A stretch of 63,816 bases of DNA, the filler included, from an uncultured Chlamydiae bacterium (lineage in GTDB: Bacteria; Chlamydiota; Chlamydiia; Chlamydiales; SM23-39): assembly GCA_937899275.1 (NCBI GenBank). It is 6 parts of 6 records of this genome, joined end to end, with 100 filler letters (N's around TTAATTAATTAA, not from the genome) between each part and the next. Parts side by side here need not be neighbours in the genome. Positions count along the whole stretch, not along the records: positions 35,544 to 61,011 come from CALBPE010000094.1; 5 more parts are not named here. One strand, written 5' to 3'. The notes beneath the pieces were generated by a model, which was not told where the DNA came from, searched no databases, and worked only from the letters and a program-made list of their open reading frames with translations. A program made the translations under genes and the position numbers. How positions within the stretch are numbered: the first letter of the stretch is position 1; each line of letters opens with the position of its first letter. Positions 39,661 to 49,474 of the stretch are shown one piece after another.

Positions 39661-41775
39661 CTTCGCATATTTTGCTACCAAAGAGCGCTCTATCGAATGT
39701 TCTGTAAAGTAGACATCGTAGGTAGCGCCATACGAGGTGTGATACGCTTTTTGCACCATTCCTTTGCCAAACTCTTGATGAAGTACCCAGTCTCCTTCTT
39801 GAAAAAGAAAATCTTTTTCAGCTCGACTAGTCGAAGCAAAGGTTTTAGATCCAAAAGATGGGGTATATTCTTCTGTGTATTCCTTAGGAATTTCTAGTAA
39901 AAAACGGGAAGGGGTCATTCTTTTAGAAGAGCCCCATAGATACCTTTCCGCTGCAGCAGAAAGAAATAAGAAACGTTTTGCCCTTGTCATGCCAACATAA
40001 AAAAGGCGCCTTTCTTCCTCTAATTGTGAAGGATAGGGCTTAGCGCTTGCGTGGGGAAGAATATCCTCTTCAAGGCCTATGATGCAAACAACAGAAAATT
40101 CTAAGCCTTTTCCGTTATGTAGGGTCATCAGCTTGATCGATGATTCCTGCGGTCTATCAATAGAGGCGTTTAACGATACCTCTTCTAAAAAAGCGTGTAA
40201 AGAAGGGCTTGTTGCCTCTTCTTGCCACTCACTTGCTTTGGCTACCAAGGCCTCTACGTTTTCTTTGCGGTCCCTATAGGTATCGGGATCTTCTTGCAAA
40301 TACGCATCATAAGAAAACTCTTTGATCACCTCTTGAATGATGCCAGGGATGCTTTCTTCTTTATTCCAGTGAGCTTGTAAATGCTGAAAGCTTTCTGCGT
40401 ATTTTTGCAGCCCGGCGCGTTGTTTTTGGGATAGTTTGATGGAAAGATTTTGTGGAGGATCGAAGGCAAGCTGCTTTACTAAATGCAAAATGGGAATTGA
40501 TCGTTGGCTGCTTTCTTGCAATAGGTTTTGCACAGCTTTTGCGCCAATACCTCGCTTCGGCACATTGATGGTGCGGGCAAACGCTACTGGATCAGAAGGG
40601 GAAACAAAGAGGCGGAGGTACGCTAAGATATCTTTGATTTCTTTTCGTTGGTAAAAGGAGAGGCCCCCAATAATCGTATAGGGAAAAGATTTTTGTAAAA
40701 GGACATCTTCGAGCGCTCTAGATTGCGCATTTGTTCGGTATAAAATCGCTACATCGGCAAAATTGATGTGGCTTTGAAGGCAGATCTCCTCGATTTTTTC
40801 TACGATAAAAAGGGCTTCTTTTTTTTCATTTTGCCCTAAGTAGATACCTATTTTTTCCCCTTCGCCTTTTGCGCTCCAAAGTTCTTTTTCATAGCGGCTT
40901 TTATTATGAGCAATGACCGCATTAGCAGCTCGAAGTATCCTATTGGTGCTCCGGTAGTTTTCATCCAATGTGATGATCGATGCTCCGGGAAAATCTTCTT
41001 GAAAGTTGAGGATGTTTTGGACTAAAGCGCCCCGCCAAGAGTAGATAGACTGATCAGGATCGCCTACGGCAAATAAGTTTTGGTGTTTTTCCGTAAGAAT
41101 TTTTGCCAGGGTATACTGCGCAAAGTTGGTGTCTTGGTATTCATCGATCAGAAGAAAAAGCCAGCGGTTTTGGTATAAACTACGTACAGAAGCGTTTTCC
41201 TTTAATAGTTTTACGCTGAGAAATAACAGATCATCAAAATCGACAGCATTTGCCTCTTTTAGCCGCTTTTGATACTGGGTATATATTCTTACAAAAGGAT
41301 CGGGAAACTCTTCTTGCTTTTCTGAAAACGCCGGATCTTCAGGAGAAAGGAGCTGGTTTTTTGCTAGAGATATTTTCGCCCGGATTGTTTTGAGAAATGC
41401 TTTATCTTGCTTAATGTCCAAATCTTCTAACGATCTTTTGAGAATTTTTTCACTATCATCTTCGTCGTAAATCGTAAACTGAGATCGGTAGCCGAGATGG
41501 TGGATGGATTCACGGAGGATTTTCGCTCCCAAGCTGTGAAATGTTGTGGTTAAAACATAGGTATCTTGCAGCGACTGAATCCTTGCCGACATCTCTTTAG
41601 CCGCTTTATTGGTGAAAGTAAGAGCTAAGATTTCACGAGGCGAAACGCCCATTTGTAGCAAATGCGCAATTCTACACGTAACCGTCCGGGTTTTCCCAGA
41701 ACCTGCGCCTGCAAGAACTAAAGCAGGACCGTGAATATGCTGTATAGCCGTTTTTTGCTTTTCATTTATATCCAT
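39634..41775 (-). CDS. uvrD: ATP-dependent DNA helicase UvrD/PcrA
   Basis: AGAGSGKT, IDEYQDTN, VGDPDQSIYSWRGA, EEERRLFYVGMTRA. Confidence 0.96.
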   Translation of the reverse strand: MDINEKQKTAIQHIHGPALVLAGAGSGKTRTVTCRIAHLLQMGVSPREILALTFTNKAAKEMSARIQSLQDTYVLTTTFHSLGAKILRESIHHLGYRSQFTIYDEDDSEKILKRSLEDLDIKQDKAFLKTIRAKISLAKNQLLSPEDPAFSEKQEEFPDPFVRIYTQYQKRLKEANAVDFDDLLFLSVKLLKENASVRSLYQNRWLFLLIDEYQDTNFAQYTLAKILTEKHQNLFAVGDPDQSIYSWRGALVQNILNFQEDFPGASIITLDENYRSTNRILRAANAVIAHNKSRYEKELWSAKGEGEKIGIYLGQNEKKEALFIVEKIEEICLQSHINFADVAILYRTNAQSRALEDVLLQKSFPYTIIGGLSFYQRKEIKDILAYLRLFVSPSDPVAFARTINVPKRGIGAKAVQNLLQESSQRSIPILHLVKQLAFDPPQNLSIKLSQKQRAGLQKYAESFQHLQAHWNKEESIPGIIQEVIKEFSYDAYLQEDPDTYRDRKENVEALVAKASEWQEEATSPSLHAFLEEVSLNASIDRPQESSIKLMTLHNGKGLEFSVVCIIGLEEDILPHASAKPYPSQLEEERRLFYVGMTRAKRFLFLSAAAERYLWGSSKRMTPSRFLLEIPKEYTEEYTPSFGSKTFASTSRAEKDFLFQEGDWVLHQEFGKGMVQKAYHTSYGATYDVYFTEHSIERSLVAKYAKLEPFSSFS

Positions 41776-41816
41776 AGAAAAATCTTACTTGCCCTTTTAG
41801 AATTAATGCAAGTAGC

Positions 41817-43079
41817 ATGCCATATATGAATCGATGGATTTACTGCCTTTTCTTATGGAATTTGCTGGGTTTTTCCTGTTTTTTAGAAGAACTTTTTGCG
41901 GTTCAGCTTGGTGTAGATACTTTTTTTTCTGAGTATGCAGATCGCTGTTTAGCTCGGCATCAGGGGAAAAAAATGCGCGTTGCAATCGCGCGCAACCAAA
42001 CAAGCATGAGTAGTAAGGGAAAAAAAACGCTACAACTTTTCTTAGAAGATGACCGCTTCCAAGTAAAGGCAATTTTTACACCAGAGCACGGGTTTTTTGG
42101 AAAAATAAAAGCGGCGAAAAAGGTAGGCGATAGCAGCTTTTCTTCTATTCCGATCTACAGTTTGTATGGCAAAACAAGGCGTCCTACGCCTTTTATGCTG
42201 CGAGATCTTGATTTGATTGTCTATGATATCCAGTCTATTGGAGTGAGATCGTACACGTATGAGACGACGTTATTTTACATTATGGAAGAGGCGGCAAAAA
42301 AAAGGATTCCTGTTGTCGTATTGGACCGGCCAAACCCTATGGGAGGCTCCCTTGTAGATGGCCTTTTTTTAGAAAAAGAGCTGCGTTCTTTCATCGGTTA
42401 TCTCGAAATCCCGTACTGTCATGGGATGACAATCGGTGAACTTGCCCGCTATTTTAATGGAGAGTACCAAGTGGGCTGTACATTACACATCGCTTCTATG
42501 AAGGGCTGGAAAAGATCGATGGATTTTGCAAGTACACGGCTTTTTTGGATCGCCCCTTCTCCAAATATTCCGCGAAAAGATACTCCTTTCTACTACAGCT
42601 CGACTGGCATATTAGGAGAACTGGGCGCTTTTAGTTTAGGTCTTTGCCAAAATATCCCCTTTCAAATGATTGCAGCTCCTTGGATTGATGGGCGGCTTTT
42701 AGCAGAAAAATGCAATGCGCAAAATCTACCTGGGATTGTATTTTTTCCGCTTTCTTATAAAGCGTCTAAAGGCGCATTTAAAGGACAACAGGTATCTGGC
42801 GTGTTTCTTCGTATCACCAATACGAAAACCTACCAGCCGCTAAAGGTGCATTTTTTGCTGTTGGGTCTATTGAAAAGTTTACATCCTAAAGAGTTTCTGC
42901 CTATTTTAAAGAAAGCTAAAAACACGGTTTTTAGCAAGGCGCTAGGTTCTAAAAAAGCGCAGCGGTTACTAGAAAAAAAAGCGCATCCATTTTGGAGTAT
43001 TGCCTCTTTAATCGAAAAAGATCGCCGCCTTTTTCTACAAAAAAGAGCGCGGTACCTGTTACCAGAATATGGACCTTAA
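41817..43079 (+). CDS. DUF1343 / NamZ-like exo-beta-N-acetylmuramidase family protein
   Basis: FTPEHGF, YSLYG.TRRP, YDIQSIGVRSYTY, VLDRPNPMGG, HGMTIGELA, PSPNIP. Confidence 0.9.
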   Translation: MPYMNRWIYCLFLWNLLGFSCFLEELFAVQLGVDTFFSEYADRCLARHQGKKMRVAIARNQTSMSSKGKKTLQLFLEDDRFQVKAIFTPEHGFFGKIKAAKKVGDSSFSSIPIYSLYGKTRRPTPFMLRDLDLIVYDIQSIGVRSYTYETTLFYIMEEAAKKRIPVVVLDRPNPMGGSLVDGLFLEKELRSFIGYLEIPYCHGMTIGELARYFNGEYQVGCTLHIASMKGWKRSMDFASTRLFWIAPSPNIPRKDTPFYYSSTGILGELGAFSLGLCQNIPFQMIAAPWIDGRLLAEKCNAQNLPGIVFFPLSYKASKGAFKGQQVSGVFLRITNTKTYQPLKVHFLLLGLLKSLHPKEFLPILKKAKNTVFSKALGSKKAQRLLEKKAHPFWSIASLIEKDRRLFLQKRARYLLPEYGP

Positions 43080-43085
43080 GACCGC

Positions 43086-44717
43086 TTATTTTCTTTTCCA
43101 AAATCCAGGTAATAACAAAACAAAAATCGCAAAGTATTCTAATCGACCTACCAGCATCCAGAAAATCGAGAGCAATTTTGCTGCAGGTGATAAAAACGTC
43201 ATCGAGCGGAGCGGTCCAGCCTCTCGAAATGCGATGCCTACGTTGTTGATAAAACAGCTAATCAATCCAAGCGATGTGTCAATATCAATACCCTGCATGA
43301 TGTATAATGAAGCCCCGACGACAGAAGAAAATAAACCAACGCAAAAAAATAGAAGGATCATGATGGATACGGTAGGGGTGATCTCTGTTTTCGAAAAATA
43401 GATTTTTCGTACTGTTTCTGGCCGAAACAACCCCTCTAAGCGGTTACAAGCGATTTTATAGAGAAGGTAGTACCTCGTTGTTTTCATCCCTCCAGAAGTA
43501 GATCCTGCCATGCCACCTAAAAACATCGCTATTAAAAAAAGGCTTTGAGCGCTTAACGGCCATAGATCGTAATTTGCAGTGAAGTATCCTGTAGACGACT
43601 GGGCAGATATCCATTGAAATGCTCCAGAGCGCAGTGCAGATCCTAGAGAATAGATCCCTTGGTTTTGTGCGATTTCTTGACTGGCCTTGCCCCAAAGAAA
43701 AAAACCCGTACACAAAGATCCTATGAGAATAAGGGTTAAAAACAGGAAAAAATCGGTTCGGTAAATCCGGTAAAATTGCATCCGTATCACATAAAAATAC
43801 AAGGCGAAATTGATGCTGCCTAAGATCATAAAAAGGATCACAATCCATTCTGTGTACATGTTATTGTAGTAGGCGATGCTATTTTCATGAATGGAAAAGC
43901 CTCCTGTAGATAGATTGGAAAATGTGATGCAGATCGCATCTAGAAAAGGTAGCGATCTATTCGTTACTAAAAGAAGAATAAGCTCCAAAATAGAAAGGGA
44001 AATATAGAGCTTCCAAAGAAGAGATGCGGTTTCTTTTAATCGGGGGGAGATCCCTTCTTTTACAGGGCCTGTTGTTTCTGTTTGATATAGGGTTTTTCCC
44101 CCTACTCCAAGCGCAGGTAGGATCGTTAAAAAAAGCACAACGATTCCCATACCTCCAAGCCATTGTAAAAAAGAGCGCCATACCAAAATAGCGCGGCTCA
44201 CGGCGTCTAAACCGGTGAGTAAAGCGCCCTCTTTGCTGGTGATAGGGTCAATGGTGCCGTAGTAGAGATAAGAGCTATTTTGAGCAGATAGAATTTGTAG
44301 AGGTATTTCAGTACCATTGGCATCAAAATTTTTTGCCGAAATTAAAGTAGCTCCCGTTGTGGTGAGTCCAGACATCGATTCAAAATAGGCATCTAAAGGG
44401 TTTTTTAGTGTGCCAGAAAAATAAAAAGGAAGCGCTGCTATCACAGAACTGACAATCCATATTAGCGCCACTAAAAGGAGGCCTTCTCGCCGAAATAACA
44501 GCCCTTTTGCAGAGCGCCCTAAAAAACGGCACAGCATGCCAGAAGAAAAGCAGACGAGTAGAGAAAGTGCAAAGGCAAAAGAGCTATGCGGCTGTGGATG
44601 AAATTCTGGAAGTTCTACGTATTCATAGTACAGAGCGATCGATAAAGGAAACCATAAAAGAAGAGAAAAATACCCTAGGTAATTTCCAAGGATGCGAAGG
44701 ATTTCTGCATAACGCAT
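43086..44717 (-). CDS. trkH: Trk potassium uptake membrane protein
   Basis: FESMSGLTTTG, QWLGGMGI, STGGF, GSTSGGMK, MLVGRLE. Confidence 0.95.
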   Translation of the reverse strand: MRYAEILRILGNYLGYFSLLLWFPLSIALYYEYVELPEFHPQPHSSFAFALSLLVCFSSGMLCRFLGRSAKGLLFRREGLLLVALIWIVSSVIAALPFYFSGTLKNPLDAYFESMSGLTTTGATLISAKNFDANGTEIPLQILSAQNSSYLYYGTIDPITSKEGALLTGLDAVSRAILVWRSFLQWLGGMGIVVLFLTILPALGVGGKTLYQTETTGPVKEGISPRLKETASLLWKLYISLSILELILLLVTNRSLPFLDAICITFSNLSTGGFSIHENSIAYYNNMYTEWIVILFMILGSINFALYFYVIRMQFYRIYRTDFFLFLTLILIGSLCTGFFLWGKASQEIAQNQGIYSLGSALRSGAFQWISAQSSTGYFTANYDLWPLSAQSLFLIAMFLGGMAGSTSGGMKTTRYYLLYKIACNRLEGLFRPETVRKIYFSKTEITPTVSIMILLFFCVGLFSSVVGASLYIMQGIDIDTSLGLISCFINNVGIAFREAGPLRSMTFLSPAAKLLSIFWMLVGRLEYFAIFVLLLPGFWKRK

Positions 44718-44732
44718 AAGACGTTTACCTAG

Positions 44733-46094
44733 TTAAAAAAGATGTTCTAGCTCATGGATACTTCTTGGAGTAGTCAGTAAAATGACGTTGTCCCCAGGTG
44801 AAAGAATCCGATCTCCTTTACCAATCATTAAAGCGCCTTTACTTTCAATAACGCAGATGAGTAGATCATTGGGTAAATACGCCTTTAAATCGGCAATAGG
44901 CACGCCGATTAAGACCGAGTCTTTTGATACTTTCATTTCAACAACTCTTGCTTCATCATCAAAAATTGAGGAAATAGAGCGGACGGTATTTCCATGGATG
45001 ATCGATAAAATTTGGTTTGCTGCAAGAACAGGGCCCGATAAAGCGTAGTGGATGCCTAGCTCTTGAAAGACATCTTTTCTTGAAGGATCATAAACGGTTG
45101 AGAGCACATTTTTTGCTCCCGCTTTTTTTGCAATAGACGCGACGAGTAAATTTTTCTCATCGCTTTGCATCGCGGTGATGCAAGCATCTGTTTGCGCAAG
45201 TTTTTCTTCTAAAAGAAACGAAGCGTCGCTACCATCATGGTGAAGTATCGTGGCTTCAGGAAAAATATTTGCTAGAACCTCACACCGTTTTTCCTCGATT
45301 TCTACGATTTTTACCTTAGCGCCTATTTCTTCTAATAGCTTCGCTACATGCATGCCTACAGAAGAGCCTCCAATGATCATCACATGTTTTAAACGCAAAA
45401 GCGGAAGAAAGAAAAACTCTTGAATTAACGGCATATGATTTCTAGCGGCGATCACAACTACTTCATCTTCGGGTAAAAGAACGTCATCTCCATGAGGAAA
45501 AATAAAGATTTTTTCCTCGCCAGTAGCCGTTTGTTTTTTTCTTAGAATTAAACCAATCACCATTTCTTCAGGTAAAGAAAGCTTTTTGAGAGGGATATCT
45601 TGTTGTTTCCAGTTTTTTGGAATAAGGAAAGACTTCATTTGTACAGCGCCGTTATGAAACGATTTTTGCAGCTTATCTGTAGGGGCAAGCAGGCGGCTGA
45701 CCATTGCTTCTGCGCAAAGCACTTCAGCTGCTATGAAGCGGTCGACAGAAAAAAGGCGGGAAAAATCGAGGGTAGACCGGTCTAGATAACTCCTCTCTGT
45801 AATGCGGCAAATGGTTGTTTTATACCCTAGATTTTTTGCCATATGACATGAGGCAAGGTTCGCTTCATCACTTCCTGTCATAGCAATGAAAAAATCGGGC
45901 GATGTTCCTTGTAAGTCTTGGATTAAAGGCCAATTAGAAGCAGCGCAATAAACCGTTGCTACATCCATTGTTTTTGCTGTACGATCGAGTCGGTTGATTT
46001 CTTGATCTGCTAGAATCACATGATGCTCTTCTTTAGATAAAGCAGAGGCGAGATAGCTTCCCATAGCGCCTGCACCTAAAATCAAGATATTCAT
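44733..46094 (-). CDS. trkA: Trk potassium uptake regulatory subunit
   Basis: Two RCK-N/RCK-C pairs: ILGAGAMG, IIGGSSVG. Confidence 0.95.
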   Translation of the reverse strand: MNILILGAGAMGSYLASALSKEEHHVILADQEINRLDRTAKTMDVATVYCAASNWPLIQDLQGTSPDFFIAMTGSDEANLASCHMAKNLGYKTTICRITERSYLDRSTLDFSRLFSVDRFIAAEVLCAEAMVSRLLAPTDKLQKSFHNGAVQMKSFLIPKNWKQQDIPLKKLSLPEEMVIGLILRKKQTATGEEKIFIFPHGDDVLLPEDEVVVIAARNHMPLIQEFFFLPLLRLKHVMIIGGSSVGMHVAKLLEEIGAKVKIVEIEEKRCEVLANIFPEATILHHDGSDASFLLEEKLAQTDACITAMQSDEKNLLVASIAKKAGAKNVLSTVYDPSRKDVFQELGIHYALSGPVLAANQILSIIHGNTVRSISSIFDDEARVVEMKVSKDSVLIGVPIADLKAYLPNDLLICVIESKGALMIGKGDRILSPGDNVILLTTPRSIHELEHLF

Positions 46095-46690
46095 GGATGA
46101 AGGCTCTTTTCGAACTGCTCTACCCAGTCCTCAGAGCTCATAATCTTGCCAAAAGAACCTAAATTGATGAGCGAGCCTTGGTGCAGCGCATCAGAGTAGC
46201 TAGCTACACAATCGGTCAGCGTTACCGCTCTTAAGCCCCTGCTAGAACACTCTCTTGCGCAAGACTCAACAGAGCCGTTTGTCGTGAATCCCGATAAAAT
46301 GAGGGTGTCAATTCCTAAAGCTTGGACAAGGTAAGAAAGCTCTGTTTGATAAAAAGGAGACATGCCCCACTGGGAAATTGTGTAGTTAGGCGTGGGGATT
46401 TCTTCAAGAAGATCATGGCCCCAGGTGTTTTTGCGAAAACCCTCTGCTGCAAGAAAGGGGCGGATTTTTTTTACGCCGCCAATACAAGCGTTTCCCTCAA
46501 GATCGGTGATGATACTGAGAGAAGATGCGATAACAGGAATCCGCTGCTCTTTGCAGAAAAGCGCTGTTTTTACAATATTAGGTAGTATATGAGGAATATG
46601 CGCCGGCTTTAAGCCATGTCTTGCATACACTCCTTCAGGATGGCATAAATCATTTTGCATACAAAGGATAATAAAAGCGGGAAAAGCCAT
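46091..46690 (-). CDS. Isochorismatase/cysteine-hydrolase fold protein with non-canonical catalytic residues
   Basis: xMQNDLCHPEG, TWGH, FYQTEL, LGIDTLILSGFTTN, TLTDCVA; ATGA overlap with trkA. Confidence 0.8.
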   Translation of the reverse strand: MAFPAFIILCMQNDLCHPEGVYARHGLKPAHIPHILPNIVKTALFCKEQRIPVIASSLSIITDLEGNACIGGVKKIRPFLAAEGFRKNTWGHDLLEEIPTPNYTISQWGMSPFYQTELSYLVQALGIDTLILSGFTTNGSVESCARECSSRGLRAVTLTDCVASYSDALHQGSLINLGSFGKIMSSEDWVEQFEKSLHP

Positions 46691-46778
46691 AGCGGTTTGT
46701 ATCTCCGTGCCTTTTTTCGTTTTATCGTCTCAAGATTTTTTTGTCGAATCTTATGCGTTTTTAAGATAGGATTTTGCT

Positions 46779-47702
46779 ATGGTTACAGCAGCAGTTGTCA
46801 ATTTTTGTTCCAACGACCTTCCTTTTTTAGCTCCCTTTTTACAACAACTTTCTTTGGCTGTTTCCCCGATTATTATTCCCGTATGCGATCATTTTTTCGA
46901 TGGATCAAAGGAACAAAAAAAGCTGTTGGAAACAGCATTTTCCGCCCATCCAGAAGCATTTTTTCTTCTCTATCCTTTTGCTCCTTCTTGCTTGCCGAAA
47001 AGCCGTTCAGTTGATCAAAAACACCTTTGGGCAAGTGTCTCTAGGCTATTGGGGTATTCTTTTCTTCCGAAAAACACCTCGTATACTTTTTTTTTAGATG
47101 TAGATGAGATTCCGGAAGGAAATAAGCTACAGTCCCATATCGAGGCAAAAGAATTAGAGCGCTACGACTTTGCGCAGCTAGGCTGTTATTGGTATTTTCG
47201 AGAAGCGTGTTACCGCGCAGACACCTGGGAAAGCACTCCTTTAGTAGCTAAAAATAGCGCTTTATCAAAAAAACTACTTTTACAAAAAGATGAGCGGCTG
47301 GGTACCTATCAACAAGGTCGAGGTATAAAAAATCCTCATATGCTAGGACAAGATCAAACGCCTTTATTTCACCACTACAGCTGGGTTAGAACAAAAGAGG
47401 CAATGCAAAAAAAAGTGGCTTCTTGGGGACACTCCCATGAAAGAAATTGGGCAGATTTAGTCGCAGAAGAATTTTCCAAGTCTTTTACGGGTAAAGACTT
47501 TGTTCATGGTTATTCATTTCAGAAGGTAGAGCCTTTTTGCGATTTTTTTGTTAAAAAGCCTGCGGGAAGTTCGGAAGGCAATGTGGTAGAATTGAGCAAA
47601 ATAGATCTATTTTTAATTTTACATAGACCAAGATGGATGTATCCCTTTTCTCTAAAAGAAAAAATCTCTCTTGCAGAGAATCATTTTTCTATTAGATCAT
47701 AG
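46779..47702 (+). CDS. Putative GT-A fold glycosyltransferase-like protein
   Basis: FFLDVDEI DxD motif, FHHYSWVR..E.MQKKV.SWGH. Confidence 0.55.
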   Translation: MVTAAVVNFCSNDLPFLAPFLQQLSLAVSPIIIPVCDHFFDGSKEQKKLLETAFSAHPEAFFLLYPFAPSCLPKSRSVDQKHLWASVSRLLGYSFLPKNTSYTFFLDVDEIPEGNKLQSHIEAKELERYDFAQLGCYWYFREACYRADTWESTPLVAKNSALSKKLLLQKDERLGTYQQGRGIKNPHMLGQDQTPLFHHYSWVRTKEAMQKKVASWGHSHERNWADLVAEEFSKSFTGKDFVHGYSFQKVEPFCDFFVKKPAGSSEGNVVELSKIDLFLILHRPRWMYPFSLKEKISLAENHFSIRS

Positions 47703-47729
47703 ATAGATAAATGCATCTATTACCTTATC

Positions 47730-47803
47730 GCACCGGTAGCTCAATTGGATAGAGTACCTGGCTACGAACCAGGCGGTTAGAGGTTCGAGTCCTCTCCGGT
47801 GCA
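47730..47803 (+). tRNA. tRNA-Arg(ACG), CCA not encoded
   Basis: GCACCGG acceptor stem pairing with CCGGTGC; anticodon arm CCTGG-CTACGAA-CCAGG; GGTTCGAGTCC T-loop. Confidence 0.97.
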
Positions 47804-47848
47804 TATTTTCTTATCATCTTGTAAAGGCGCGTTTTTTAGGAGCATCTT

Positions 47849-48466
47849 TTGCAGATAAAAAAAACAATTTTACCTCCTGTTTCTACGAACTGCTATCTGT
47901 TAGAAGTAGAAGGCTCAGCGATCATCATCGACCCTGGCTACACCAGTTTTTCTACAGTACATCCCTATATTCAAGAAAAGTCTCTTCGGTTAAAAAGCAT
48001 TTTTCTTACCCATTCCCATTGGGATCATATCGCAGATCTTTCCCAGTGGATTGAGAAGTATCAAGTGCCTTTTTTTGTGCACCCTTTTGATGCGGCAAAT
48101 GTTGAGTTTCCTGGGCAAGATGGTATTTTGTGCCCTCTTGATATTCCAGGAGTAAAGCCCTCTTTGTTTTTTCAGGACGATGCTCTGCAAGCGGTCTTAA
48201 GCTCTTCGATGAGAGTGATCCATACTCCAGGGCATTCTGCGGGTAGTGTCTGTTTGTATTTTCCAGAAGAAAAGATGCTTTTCTCAGGAGATACGCTTTT
48301 TAAAGGCACCATCGGAAATACATCTTTTCCCGGCTCTGATCGACAAAAAATGACGCAGTCTTTAAAACGATTAGCAACCCTTCCAAAAGAAACAAAAGTG
48401 TATCCAGGTCACGGCCCTACTACGTTTTTAGGAGAAGAGTTTTGGATACAAAAATTCCAGAAATAA
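47849..48466 (+). CDS. MBL-fold metallohydrolase (glyoxalase II/YcbL-like)
   Basis: THSHWDHI, HTPGHSAG, FSGDTLF, PGHG. Confidence 0.9.
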   Translation: MQIKKTILPPVSTNCYLLEVEGSAIIIDPGYTSFSTVHPYIQEKSLRLKSIFLTHSHWDHIADLSQWIEKYQVPFFVHPFDAANVEFPGQDGILCPLDIPGVKPSLFFQDDALQAVLSSSMRVIHTPGHSAGSVCLYFPEEKMLFSGDTLFKGTIGNTSFPGSDRQKMTQSLKRLATLPKETKVYPGHGPTTFLGEEFWIQKFQK

Positions 48467-48490
48467 CCCTGTCACTTATAGGAGATAGTC

Positions 48491-49069
48491 ATGTTGGTTG
48501 GAAAAAAAGCCCCCAAATTTAAAGCAAAAGCTGTCGCAGGTGCGCATATTTACGATACATTTTCCCTCGACGACTTTTTGGGAAAGTATGTGGTATTTTT
48601 CTTTTATCCCCTAAATTTTACCTTTGTCTGTCCTACAGAGCTGCATGCATTTCAAGAAAATGCAGCAGAGTTTGAAAAAAGAGGGGCCGCTGTTATTGGA
48701 TGTTCTGTAGATAGCTGGCCTTGTCACCATGCTTGGCTGTCTTTACCTAGAGAAAAAGGGGGCATTCAAGGTATTACTTATCCCCTTGTATCTGATATCA
48801 ATAAAGAGATAGCAAAAGATTTTGGCGTATTAAAAGAAGATGAAGGCATCGCTTATAGAGGCCTATTTTTAATTGATAAAGAAGGCGTTGTCCGCCACCA
48901 GCTGATCAACGATCTTCCCCTTGGTAGAAGCGTTGAAGAAGTTCTTCGTACCTTAGATGCATTGATTTTTCATGAGCAACATGGAGAGGTTTGTCCTGCA
49001 AACTGGAAACAAGGCAAAAAAAGCATGAAACCCACGCAAAAAGGGCTGCTCGAGTATTTTACCTCGTAA
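48491..49069 (+). CDS. ahpC: 2-Cys peroxiredoxin
   Basis: FTFVCPTE, GEVCPANW. Confidence 0.96.
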   Translation: MLVGKKAPKFKAKAVAGAHIYDTFSLDDFLGKYVVFFFYPLNFTFVCPTELHAFQENAAEFEKRGAAVIGCSVDSWPCHHAWLSLPREKGGIQGITYPLVSDINKEIAKDFGVLKEDEGIAYRGLFLIDKEGVVRHQLINDLPLGRSVEEVLRTLDALIFHEQHGEVCPANWKQGKKSMKPTQKGLLEYFTS

Positions 49070-49445
49070 AGTAATCGAATAGATCTTTTTCCTCTACAAC
49101 AAGAAGCCAGCCGCGCTCTTTACAAAGGGCGCTTGCTTTTTTTAAGATCTCTTCTATCCCAACGCCGGGTAGGTACAGCGCATCGATAGGCTGCGCCATC
49201 TTTTGTTTTTCTAAATATCTTAAGCCGGTAAGGTAGTCTTTTACGCTAAACCCTTCTTCTTCTACTCGGAAAAAAAGCGTTTCTCCTCCTCTTAAGATAT
49301 GTTGGATTGCATGGGAAAGTCCTGCTGTATCTTTAGGAGCTATGCCAAATGTTTGAAAAAGGTGCGTTAAATGGCAGCAGATGTAAGGGTAAGAAAATCT
49401 CCCTTTTTCCGCTGCACCAAAAATGGCGATCCGCATTTGCCTCAT
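49059..49445 (-). CDS. Small hypothetical protein (tail-sheath-like motifs, see findings)
   Basis: 128-aa ORF co-oriented downstream of eno, with SD (AAGGGGG). Confidence 0.75.
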   Translation of the reverse strand: MRQMRIAIFGAAEKGRFSYPYICCHLTHLFQTFGIAPKDTAGLSHAIQHILRGGETLFFRVEEEGFSVKDYLTGLRYLEKQKMAQPIDALYLPGVGIEEILKKASALCKERGWLLVVEEKDLFDYFTR

Positions 49446-49474
49446 CTTTCCCCCTTTTATCGATGATGGTTTAT

